Shown here piece after piece: positions 24,084-31,572 of a stretch of DNA of 32,000 nucleotides. The notes under the pieces are model-generated. The model saw nothing but the letters and a program-made list of their open reading frames with translations, did not search any database and had not been told where the DNA came from. The stretch's first letter is position 1; each line of letters opens with the position of its first letter. The translations under genes were made by a program, and so were the position numbers. Origin of the DNA: an uncultured archaeon (GTDB lineage Archaea; Iainarchaeota; Iainarchaeia; Iainarchaeales; Iainarchaeaceae); contig CAZNZM010000001.1 in the NCBI GenBank assembly GCA_964577555.1, positions 1-32,000 of the forward strand, written 5' to 3'.

Positions 24084-24449
24084 ATGGCTAATTATGTAAA
24101 ATTTGTCGTGCCTGAGGAGATCAAGGCAAAGCAAGGGATTATTCTTGAAAAAATTAGGAAGACTGGAAAGATTAAAATAGGCAGTAATGAAACTACCAAA
24201 GCGGCTGAAAGGGGTACTGCAAAGTTGGTGGTTATTGCCGAGGATGTTAATCCGCCTGAAATTGTAATGCATTTGCCTTTGATTTGCAAGGAGAAGAATA
24301 TTCCTTTTTCGTTTGTTTCAACGAAGAAAGGTTTGGGTCAATATGTTGGTATTGATGTCGGAACCGCGGCAATAGCTGTTCTTGACGAGGGCGATCAAAA
24401 GAAAGAGTTTGCGGATCTTGTGAAAAAAATACAGGAATTGTCTAAATGA
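24084..24449 (+). CDS. rpl7ae: 50S ribosomal protein L7Ae (K-turn binding protein)
   Basis: [46 protein letters not shown] signature. ATG 24084 lies 8 nt after GGAGGTG (24069-75). Confidence 0.95.
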   Translation: MANYVKFVVPEEIKAKQGIILEKIRKTGKIKIGSNETTKAAERGTAKLVVIAEDVNPPEIVMHLPLICKEKNIPFSFVSTKKGLGQYVGIDVGTAAIAVLDEGDQKKEFADLVKKIQELSK

Positions 24450-24459
24450 GGTGGCTTTG

Positions 24460-24669
24460 ATGGAGAAAGGCACGCCGGCTGAAGTTGTTGAAGTCCTTGG
24501 CAGGACAGGGGTTTATGGTGAAATAATTCAGGTCTTATGCAGAATACTTGAAGGACCTGAACAAGGCAGGGTTAAGAGAAGGAACATTAAAGGGAATGTG
24601 AAAAAGGGAGACGTGATTATTTTGCTTTCAACAGAAAGGGAAGCAAAGGAAATCAAGGCTAATAGGTGA
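24460..24669 (+). CDS. rps28e: 30S ribosomal protein S28e (eS28)
   Basis: [59 protein letters not shown]. Confidence 0.93.
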   Translation: MEKGTPAEVVEVLGRTGVYGEIIQVLCRILEGPEQGRVKRRNIKGNVKKGDVIILLSTEREAKEIKANR

Positions 24670-24674
24670 TTTTA

Positions 24675-24920
24675 ATGCCGAAAGATTCTTTTACTGGAGA
24701 GGAAATACCAAAAGGTAAGGGGCACATGTATGTCTTGAAGGATGGCACAGTATATTGGTTTTTGAATCAAAAATCGGAAAAAAATTTTTTAAAGTTGAGA
24801 AGAATTCCTTCAAAAACCAAGTGGACTTCAATTTATCATAGGGAAAAAACTACTCGTATCAAGGCAATGAAAAAAGAGGTGGCCAAGCATGGAAAGAACT
24901 CTGATAATAATAAAGCCTGA
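24675..24920 (+). CDS. rpl24e: 50S ribosomal protein L24e (eL24), cysteine-free form
   Basis: SFTGEEIPKGKGHMYVLKDGTVYWFLNQKSEKNFLKLRRIPSKTKWT aligns with the eL24 pattern, but every zinc-ribbon Cys is replaced. Conserved position after rps28e. Confidence 0.88.
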   Translation: MPKDSFTGEEIPKGKGHMYVLKDGTVYWFLNQKSEKNFLKLRRIPSKTKWTSIYHREKTTRIKAMKKEVAKHGKNSDNNKA

Positions 24921-25353
24921 TGCGATTAACAGAGGCTTGATTGGAGAGGTTATACACCGCTTTGAGAGAAAGGGGCTTAAAATTGTTGGCATGAAAATGG
25001 TTCATCTTAGTGAGAAAATTCTTGAAGAACATTATTCACACCTTGTTTCAAAACCTTTTTTTTTAAGCATAAAAAAATTCATGAGGTCTGCGCCGAGTGT
25101 TTTAATGGTTCTTGAGGGTAGGAAAGTTGTTGATGTTGTGAGAAAAATGGCTGGTGTCACTGAAGGTACTGAAGCTTTGCCAGGCACAATAAGAGGGGAT
25201 TTTTCTTTAAGCCTTCAAAACACGATTATTCATGCTTCGGACAGCGTTGAAACTGCTAAAAAAGAGATAAAGAGGTTTTTTGCCGATAGCGAATTGTTTG
25301 AGTATACAAAAGTTGATTCTGAAATGATTTATTCGGATTCTGAAAAGGTGTGA
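24889..25353 (+). CDS. ndk: Nucleoside diphosphate kinase
   Basis: MERTLIIIKPDAINRGLIGEVIHRFERKGLKIVGMK ... NTIIHASDS (catalytic His). GAGGTGG lies 6 nt upstream. Confidence 0.95.
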   Translation: MERTLIIIKPDAINRGLIGEVIHRFERKGLKIVGMKMVHLSEKILEEHYSHLVSKPFFLSIKKFMRSAPSVLMVLEGRKVVDVVRKMAGVTEGTEALPGTIRGDFSLSLQNTIIHASDSVETAKKEIKRFFADSELFEYTKVDSEMIYSDSEKV

Positions 25354-25362
25354 GGTGTTTGG

Positions 25363-25791
25363 TTGATTGTAAAGGTCAAAAGGCTTTCGCCTGAAGCCAA
25401 AATGCCGAAATTGGAGCATGAGGGCGATGCTGGTTTTGATCTTTATAGTGTTGAAGATGCTGTTTTGAAGCCAATGCAGAGAAAACTTGTTGGCACTGGC
25501 ATAAGTATTGAAATTGAAAAGGGTTATGAGGCTCAAGTAAGGCCAAAAAGCGGGCTTGCAATTGAAAATGGAATAACCATGCTTAATACTCCCGGCACTA
25601 TTGATGCTGGTTATCGCGGCGAAATAAAGGTTATTGTAATAAATTTGGGGGAAAAGGAGTACAGGATTGAGAAAGGCAAAAAAATTGCTCAAATTGTTTT
25701 TTCAAAAGTTGAAACTCCAAAGCTTTTGGAGGTTAACGAGCTTGAACCGAGTTCGCGTTCAAATCGCGGTTTTGGTTCAACGGGGTTGTAG
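25363..25791 (+). CDS. dut: dUTP diphosphatase (trimeric dUTPase)
   Basis: TTG start after GAGGTG. GDAGFDLYS, RPKSGLA, GTIDAGYRGEI and RGFGSTG motifs. Confidence 0.93.
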   Translation: MIVKVKRLSPEAKMPKLEHEGDAGFDLYSVEDAVLKPMQRKLVGTGISIEIEKGYEAQVRPKSGLAIENGITMLNTPGTIDAGYRGEIKVIVINLGEKEYRIEKGKKIAQIVFSKVETPKLLEVNELEPSSRSNRGFGSTGL

Positions 25792-25799
25792 GGATAATT

Positions 25800-27542
25800 A
25801 TGATGAGAAAGCCCATAATTACTGTGCTTGGGCATGTGGATGCCGGAAAAACTAAAATGTTGGATGCTATCAGAGGCACGGCTATTGCTGAAAAGGAAGC
25901 CGGAGGAATAACTCAACATATTGGAGCCACTGAAGTGCCAATAAATGTAATAACCAAAATTGCAAAGCCGATAGCTGAAAAATACAAGTTTAACATAAAA
26001 ATTCCTGGGTTGCTTTTTATTGACACGCCAGGGCATGAAGCTTTCACCAACCTTCGTAAAAGAGGGGGCAGCATTGCGGATTTGTCGGTCTTAGTAGTTG
26101 ATATACATAACGGCTTGCAGGAGCAAACAATAGAAGCAATTGAAATTCTGAAAACTTATAAGTGCCCTTTTGTTGTTGCCGTCAACAAGATTGATACTAT
26201 TCAAGGTTGGATTGGAAAAGAGGGTTCTTTTTCGGAATCAATTGAAATGCAGAGGAAAGAAGTTGTTGAAGCTCTTGACGTTAAAATATATTCTATAGTG
26301 GGCCAATTGCATTCAAAGGGTTTTGCAAGCGAACGTTTTGACAGGGTGAAGGATTTTACAAAAGAAATAGCTATATTGCCTATTTCGGCAAAGGGAAGAA
26401 TAGGGATTCAAGAACTTTTGGTTTTTCTTGCGGCTCTTTCGCAACGTTATCTTGAAAAAAAACTTGAAATTCATGAAAAAGGAAATTGCAAGGGAACAGT
26501 ACTTGAGGTAAAGGAGGGGAAGGGGCTTGGGACTACGATTGATGTAATACTTTATGAAGGCAGGATAAGTGTTGGAGAAAAAATAATTGTAGGCGGAAGG
26601 AATGGAATAATAAGAACCAAAATAAGGGCTTTGCTTGAACCTAAACCAGTAGGAGACAAGAGTAATGAGAAGTATAATTGTGTGAAAGAGGTTCATGCTG
26701 CCGCAGGAGTAAAAATTTCTGCGCCAAGTCTTGATGATGCAATTTCCGGTTCTCCTTTGAGGCACGAATCTGAAGAAGCTGAAAAGGAAATAATGGATGA
26801 AATAAAAAAGGTAAAGTTTGAATCTGATGCTGTTGGGCCTATTGTGCGAAGCAATACCCTTGGAAGTCTTGAAGCTCTTGTAAAGTTGCTTCATGACAAG
26901 GGCATCAAAGTGAAAAAAGCTGATATTGGCGAAATTCAAAGGGTTGATGTGCTTGAGGTTCTTCCAGTAAGGGAAAAAGACAAGTTCAAAGGAGTGATAT
27001 TTGCTTTTCACACTGGCATATCAGAACAAGCAGAAGTTGAAGCAAAGAAAAGAGGGGTTAAGATATTCAAAAATGATGTGGTGTATAGGTTGCTTGAAGA
27101 GTACGATGCATGGATTTCTGCGGAAAAGGCAAATGAAAAAATGCAGAAGCTTTCAAACATTACTTTGCCAGCAAAGTTTGAAGTCCTCAGGGGTTTTGTA
27201 TTCAGAAGAAGCAATCCTGCAATTGTTGGAATAAAAGTTCTTGAAGGAAAACTGCGTAAAGGGGTTGAAGTAATAAATAAAGGCAAAATAGTTGGCAGGG
27301 TACAGTCATTACAAAGCGAGGGAAAAAATATTGAAGAAGCGGTAAAAGGCATGGAAATAGCCGTTTCTATTGAAGGAGGGGTTGTTGATAAAGGCTTTTC
27401 GGAAGGCGATATATTGTATAGTTTTATTCCATTAAGACAATTTTCCGAAATAGAAGACATTGTTGATGTTTTCTCAAAAGAAGAATTGCAGTTGCTTGGT
27501 GAAATCAAGATTATGAGCCAGGAAATTGAAGGGTATACATAA
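25800..27542 (+). CDS. infB: Translation initiation factor aIF5B (IF2 homologue)
   Basis: 580 aa with PIITVLGHVDAGKTKMLDAIRG, GGITQHIGAT, IDTPGHEAF and VAVNKID GTPase motifs. Confidence 0.95.
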   Translation: MMRKPIITVLGHVDAGKTKMLDAIRGTAIAEKEAGGITQHIGATEVPINVITKIAKPIAEKYKFNIKIPGLLFIDTPGHEAFTNLRKRGGSIADLSVLVVDIHNGLQEQTIEAIEILKTYKCPFVVAVNKIDTIQGWIGKEGSFSESIEMQRKEVVEALDVKIYSIVGQLHSKGFASERFDRVKDFTKEIAILPISAKGRIGIQELLVFLAALSQRYLEKKLEIHEKGNCKGTVLEVKEGKGLGTTIDVILYEGRISVGEKIIVGGRNGIIRTKIRALLEPKPVGDKSNEKYNCVKEVHAAAGVKISAPSLDDAISGSPLRHESEEAEKEIMDEIKKVKFESDAVGPIVRSNTLGSLEALVKLLHDKGIKVKKADIGEIQRVDVLEVLPVREKDKFKGVIFAFHTGISEQAEVEAKKRGVKIFKNDVVYRLLEEYDAWISAEKANEKMQKLSNITLPAKFEVLRGFVFRRSNPAIVGIKVLEGKLRKGVEVINKGKIVGRVQSLQSEGKNIEEAVKGMEIAVSIEGGVVDKGFSEGDILYSFIPLRQFSEIEDIVDVFSKEELQLLGEIKIMSQEIEGYT

Positions 27543-27555
27543 AGGAGGTTATGTG

Positions 27556-27951
27556 ATGAAATTAGTTGTTTCAGATCCGAAGTCAAGACAGGCTTATACA
27601 AAGACCGTGGAAAACGCTCAAATGTTTTTTGGCAAGAAAGTTGGCCAGGAGGTTGAGCTTGGCATTATAGGGCTTGAGGGTTATTCTGCAAAAATAACCG
27701 GCGGCTCTGACAAGCAGGGTTTTCCAATAAAACCTGATTTGGAGGGAGGCGCAAGAAAGAAAGTCCTTGTAACGTTAGATGCAAAAAAAGGTCAAAAAAA
27801 GAAAATTTCAAGGAGGGGCAATCTAGTGACTGATGAGATAGCTCAATTGAACCTTAAAATAGTTAAGTATGGGCCTAAACCGATTGAAGAGATTTTGGGC
27901 GGAGCCAATAAAGAGGTTTCAAAAAAGAAAGAAAGTGCAAAACCAAGTTGA
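27556..27951 (+). CDS. rps6e: 30S ribosomal protein S6e (eS6)
   Basis: MKLVVSDPKSRQAYTK...ITGGSDKQGFPIKPDLEGGARKKVL. ATG follows AAGGAGGT. The extended ORF start at 27526 overlaps infB. Confidence 0.93.
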   Translation: MKLVVSDPKSRQAYTKTVENAQMFFGKKVGQEVELGIIGLEGYSAKITGGSDKQGFPIKPDLEGGARKKVLVTLDAKKGQKKKISRRGNLVTDEIAQLNLKIVKYGPKPIEEILGGANKEVSKKKESAKPS

Positions 27952-27965
27952 ATGGAGTTGAATAA

Positions 27966-29165
27966 ATGAAAAAACAAGGACAGCAAGCCGAAGTAAATAT
28001 TGGAATGATAGGGCATGTTGACCATGGAAAGACTTCTTTGGTCAAGGCGTTGACTGGGAAGTGGACAGATACCCATAGTGAAGAAGTAAAAAAAGGAATT
28101 TCTATTAGACTTGGTTATGCTGATGCCACATTTTACAAGTGTGATAAAGCGGTTGGGCCTGAAGGGTACAATTCAACAGGCAATTGTGATGGAATGGGAA
28201 AGGCAGTACCACTTAGAAGAGTATCATTCGTGGATGCTCCTGGGCATGAAACCCTCATGGCTACAATGCTTTCTGGTGCGGCTCTCATGCATGGCGCTGT
28301 GCTTGTGGTTGCCGCCAATGAAAAATGCCCACAACCAAGAACTGAAGAGCATTTAATGGCTCTCAAAATAGGCGGCATAAAAAATATAGTTGTTGCACAA
28401 AACAAAATAGACTTGGTGGATGAAAGCAGGGCAAAAGAAAGTTTTAATGAAATAAGGGCTTTTTTGAAACAATATGGTTATGATGATGCTCCAATAATTC
28501 CAATTTCTGCAAATCTTAACGTGAATATTGATTTGTTGATTGAAGCTATTGAAAAACACATTCCCACTCCAAAGCTTGACAAGGAAAAAAATTTCAAAAT
28601 GTTTGTCGCAAGGAGTTTTGATGTCAACAAGCCAGGCACAAAACCGGAAGACATTAAAGGCGGTGTCATAGGTGGTTCAATAATTTGCGGAAAACTCAAA
28701 GTAGGCGATGAAATAGAAATTTCTCCCGGCATTGGAAATGGGCCAATAAAAACAAAAGTTAATAGTCTTGGCGTGGATAATGGATTTATAGAAGAAGCAA
28801 CTCCCGGCGGTTTGATTGCAATAGGAACTGATTTGGATCCTTTTTACACTAAAAATGATGAAATGCGGGGCCAAGTTGCCGGCAAGCCAGGAACTTTGCC
28901 AAAACCTGTTTCAAATATCAAACTTGAAGTGCATGAAATAGAAAGGTTGATTGAAAAAAAAGGCGAAGGTTTCAAAGTGAATGATTATGTCGTGCTTGCA
29001 ATTGGAACAGCTACAATCATAGGGCAAATTTCAAGACAGGCTGGCAAAAACGAATTTGAATTTGTTCTTCGCAACCCGGCGATTGTAGAAAAAGGGGAAA
29101 AAGTAGCAATAAGCAAAAGAGAACAGAGTGGTTGGAGATTAAGAGGATACGGGATTTGCAAATAA
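27966..29165 (+). CDS. eif2g: Translation initiation factor aIF2 gamma subunit
   Basis: VNIGMIGHVDHGKTSLVKALTG, SFVDAPGHE and VAQNKIDLV GTPase motifs, followed by beta-barrel domains II and III. Confidence 0.95.
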   Translation: MKKQGQQAEVNIGMIGHVDHGKTSLVKALTGKWTDTHSEEVKKGISIRLGYADATFYKCDKAVGPEGYNSTGNCDGMGKAVPLRRVSFVDAPGHETLMATMLSGAALMHGAVLVVAANEKCPQPRTEEHLMALKIGGIKNIVVAQNKIDLVDESRAKESFNEIRAFLKQYGYDDAPIIPISANLNVNIDLLIEAIEKHIPTPKLDKEKNFKMFVARSFDVNKPGTKPEDIKGGVIGGSIICGKLKVGDEIEISPGIGNGPIKTKVNSLGVDNGFIEEATPGGLIAIGTDLDPFYTKNDEMRGQVAGKPGTLPKPVSNIKLEVHEIERLIEKKGEGFKVNDYVVLAIGTATIIGQISRQAGKNEFEFVLRNPAIVEKGEKVAISKREQSGWRLRGYGICK

Positions 29166-29179
29166 ACGAGGTGTGATTT

Positions 29180-29593
29180 TTGAAAGCGACTCAAACACAG
29201 GTTCAGAGCCAAGGCAATAAAACCATTATAGCTGTTGATACCAATATGTTGCTTAACATAGCCAGATTCAAAGTGGATTTTTTTAATGAAGCAAAAAAAT
29301 TGATTGGCAAAGCGGATTTTGTTTTACCAAACCAGATTGTTGAAGAATTGCAAAAATTGGCTCTTAAAAAAGGAAAAATAGGGGTTGAAGCCAAGATTGC
29401 GCTCCAAATTTTAGCAAAAAAAGGCATTAAAACGCGCCAAATCAACGATTTAAGCGCAGACGATGCCCTTTTAAAACTCGCGGAGCAATGCATAATAGCT
29501 ACCAATGATAGAAAATTAATGGCTTCTGTCAAAAGAATTGGGGGCAAAGTCTTGTTTTTAAGGCAACGTAAATTTTTACAATTAAAGGATTAG
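29180..29593 (+). CDS. PIN-domain endonuclease (Fcf1/Utp24-like, COG1412-type)
   Basis: Acidic PIN residues (IAVDTNML, VEELQKL, SADDALL, IATNDRKL). Conserved archaeal neighbour between aIF2gamma and rpoE'. TTG start after GAGGTG. Confidence 0.75.
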   Translation: MKATQTQVQSQGNKTIIAVDTNMLLNIARFKVDFFNEAKKLIGKADFVLPNQIVEELQKLALKKGKIGVEAKIALQILAKKGIKTRQINDLSADDALLKLAEQCIIATNDRKLMASVKRIGGKVLFLRQRKFLQLKD

Positions 29594-29607
29594 AGGTGAG
29601 CGGCATG

Positions 29608-30210
29608 TACATGATTTACACAATTATGGATACAATAAGGGTTCCTCCTGCTGAATTGGGTGGAAATATAAATGAAGTTTTGTTAAAGCAAGCAAAATCG
29701 GTTTATGAGGGAGTGCTTGACGAAGACATGGGCATAATTATTGCAGTAACAGGAATTGAAAACGTTGGTGATGGAAGAATAGTGCCAGGCGACGGAGCCG
29801 CGTACTACGAAACAAACATTTCAATGCTGACTTACAAGCCGAAACTACAAGAGCTTATTGAGGGGGAAGTAACCGATGTCACAGAATTTGGAGCATTTGT
29901 AAAAACAGGGCCTATTGAAGGCCTAGTTCATGTAAGCCAAATAATGGATGATTACATAAACTACGATGCAAAGCTGCCTGGTTTTATAGGAAAAGAATCC
30001 AAAAAAAGGCTTGTAAAGAAAGACGTTGTCTTGGCAAGAGTTGCAACAGTAAGCCTGAAAGGCACAATAGCAAACTCCAAAGTAGGGCTTACTATGAGAC
30101 AATTAGGATTAGGAAAACCTGAATGGTTAAAAATTGATTTAAAAGAAAAAGCAAAGAAAAAAGAAAAAACAGACAAAACTGAAAAAAAGGAAAAACAAAA
30201 AAAGGAGTGA
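29608..30210 (+). CDS. rpoE: DNA-directed RNA polymerase subunit E' (Rpo7)
   Basis: IRVPPAELGG...GIIIAVTGIENVGDGRIVPGDGAAYYE, then an S1 domain (GEVTDVTEFGAFVKTGPIEGLVHVSQI). K-rich tail. GTG 29596 is an alternative start. Confidence 0.92.
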   Translation, partial: YMIYTIMDTIRVPPAELGGNINEVLLKQAKSVYEGVLDEDMGIIIAVTGIENVGDGRIVPGDGAAYYETNISMLTYKPKLQELIEGEVTDVTEFGAFVKTGPIEGLVHVSQIMDDYINYDAKLPGFIGKESKKRLVKKDVVLARVATVSLKGTIANSKVGLTMRQLGLGKPEWLKIDLKEKAKKKEKTDKTEKKEKQKKE

Positions 30211-30213
30211 AAA

Positions 30214-30414
30214 ATGATGAGACAGGAAAAAGCATGCAGGAGTTGCAGATACGTGCTTGAAGATAACAGTAATGTTTGCCCTGTTTGCGGCTCCAACCAA
30301 TTCACAACTTTTTGGAGAGGATACACTATAATACTAAACCCTGAAAAGTCCGAAATAGGACAAAAAATGGGAATAACAAAAGCAGGAAAATATGCATTAA
30401 GACTGAGCAGGTGA
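30214..30414 (+). CDS. spt4: Transcription elongation factor Spt4 (RpoE'')
   Basis: 66 aa with a CRSC...CPVCGS zinc ribbon and WRGYTIILNPEKSEIGQKMGI. Confidence 0.9.
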   Translation: MMRQEKACRSCRYVLEDNSNVCPVCGSNQFTTFWRGYTIILNPEKSEIGQKMGITKAGKYALRLSR

Positions 30415-30420
30415 AAAAAA

Positions 30421-30735
30421 ATGGATGTTGAAATAATTTCAAGAAAAGAAAACAAAATATTAAACAGGCAAGAAGTTGGATTTTTGGTAAAAGGCGCAGG
30501 TGCGACGCCTTCAAGAAAAGAATTAAGAGAAAAAATCGCGGCGCTACTCAATGCCGACGAAAAAACAATTATTGTAGACGTGCTCAAAACAAGTTATGGT
30601 TCAACCGAATTAAAAGGAATTGCAAGAATATACAAAAACAAAAAAGATTTGGAAAGACTTGAACTTTCATACGTGATTGCAAGAAATTTTCCTGAAGAAA
30701 AGAAAACAACCGCAACCACGGCTCCAAACAAGTAA
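30421..30735 (+). CDS. rps24e: 30S ribosomal protein S24e (eS24)
   Basis: [52 protein letters not shown]. Confidence 0.93.
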   Translation: MDVEIISRKENKILNRQEVGFLVKGAGATPSRKELREKIAALLNADEKTIIVDVLKTSYGSTELKGIARIYKNKKDLERLELSYVIARNFPEEKKTTATTAPNK

Positions 30736-30749
30736 AGGCGGTAATTGGC

Positions 30750-30932
30750 ATGGCTGAAAAAACAAAAACACAAAAAGAATCAACCAAACAAAAAAAAGCG
30801 GATTATTATAAAATTGAAGGCGAAAAACTGGCAAGAAAAAAATATTGTCCTAAATGTGGCCCCGGCGTTTTCATGGCAGAACATGAAAAACGCAACCACT
30901 GCGGAAAATGCGGTTATACGGAATTCAAGTGA
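30750..30932 (+). CDS. rps27ae: 30S ribosomal protein S27ae (eS31)
   Basis: 60 aa with a [27 protein letters not shown] zinc ribbon. Confidence 0.92.
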   Translation: MAEKTKTQKESTKQKKADYYKIEGEKLARKKYCPKCGPGVFMAEHEKRNHCGKCGYTEFK

Positions 30933-30941
30933 GGAACGCCA

Positions 30942-31499
30942 ATGCAATGGTGGCTTCAATTCCTGATTTTAGACTTTTTGCTTATAGCCACTCCTTTGGC
31001 TTACATTACATTTTTTGAAAGAAAAAAAATTTCAATAAAAAATATTAAAAAAGAATTCGGCTTGGAAAAAGGAGACATAAAAAAAGATTTGATTTTGTCA
31101 ATGCAAATATTCCTAAGCTTGATTGTCTTTTCAGCCGCCATATCATTTATTTTAAATCTTGCAGGATTCAACGACTTCAACCCTGTTAAAGATGCCATTA
31201 CAAACATAGTGCAATCAGAAAATTGGTTTTGGCTCACAAGTTATATTTTTACTATAAGGGTTTTTGGAGAAGAGTTTTTTTTCAGGGCGTTTTTAGTTCC
31301 AAGAATGGGGTTTTTTATCCCTGCATTGCTTTTCGGGGCAATGCACATAACGTACGGCTCCATTGCTGAATTCATAGGCGCTACTTTATTGGGCTTGATT
31401 CTTGGAATAGCATATGCTGAAAAAAAAAGACTTTTGTCAAATTTTGTGGCACACACAATTTACAACCTCGTAGTATTTTTTATTGTCCTGAAAATATGA
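30942..31499 (+). CDS. CPBP-family (CAAX/Abi-like) intramembrane protease
   Basis: Multi-TM protein with the three family motifs FGEEFFFRAF (EExxxR), FGAMH (FxxxH) and AHTIYN (HxxxN). Confidence 0.8.
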   Translation: MQWWLQFLILDFLLIATPLAYITFFERKKISIKNIKKEFGLEKGDIKKDLILSMQIFLSLIVFSAAISFILNLAGFNDFNPVKDAITNIVQSENWFWLTSYIFTIRVFGEEFFFRAFLVPRMGFFIPALLFGAMHITYGSIAEFIGATLLGLILGIAYAEKKRLLSNFVAHTIYNLVVFFIVLKI

Positions 31500-31543
31500 G
31501 CCAAACTAAAAAAAAAATTTAATCTTATAAAAAAAACAATTAT

Positions 31544-31551
31544 TTTAAAAT
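31544..31551 (+). promoter_or_regulatory. Candidate TATA box for sua5 (spacing implies a leaderless mRNA)
   Basis: TTTTAAAA centred ~26 nt upstream of ATG 31573, and no SD-like GGTG before the ATG. Confidence 0.3.
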
Positions 31552-31572
31552 TGAAAAATTCGCGGCGATAAA

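Noticed and set aside
25827-25850. aIF5B P-loop reads GHVDAGKT instead of the usual GHVDHGKT
   Set aside because: DAGKT is a natural variant in other translational GTPases (EF-G/EF2-type AHIDAGKT), and the rest of the G domain is intact. It is unlikely to be functionally significant.
3703-28356. Nested + strand alternative-frame ORFs (3703-3924, 12080-12277, 25667-25855, 27001-27234, 28111-28356)
   Set aside because: All lie inside or across well-supported genes (rpl2/rps19, rpl30, dut/infB, infB, eif2g) and have no recognisable motifs or RBS.
994-30587. Many long minus-strand ORFs antisense to conserved genes (e.g. 2174-2968, 5924-6712, 8130-8879, 9770-10762, 26313-27011, 27008-27601, 29961-30587)
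   Set aside because: Each lies opposite strongly recognisable + strand genes and often spans several gene boundaries. They are Phe/Ser/Leu-rich low complexity. They stay open because purine-rich sense codons (AAR/GAR) rarely create TTA/CTA/TCA, the complements of stop codons.
30745-30966. 73-aa + strand ORF overlapping rps27ae in another frame
   Set aside because: The 30750-30932 frame gives a canonical eS31 zinc ribbon, whereas the alternative frame yields K/N-rich low complexity and runs into the CPBP gene.
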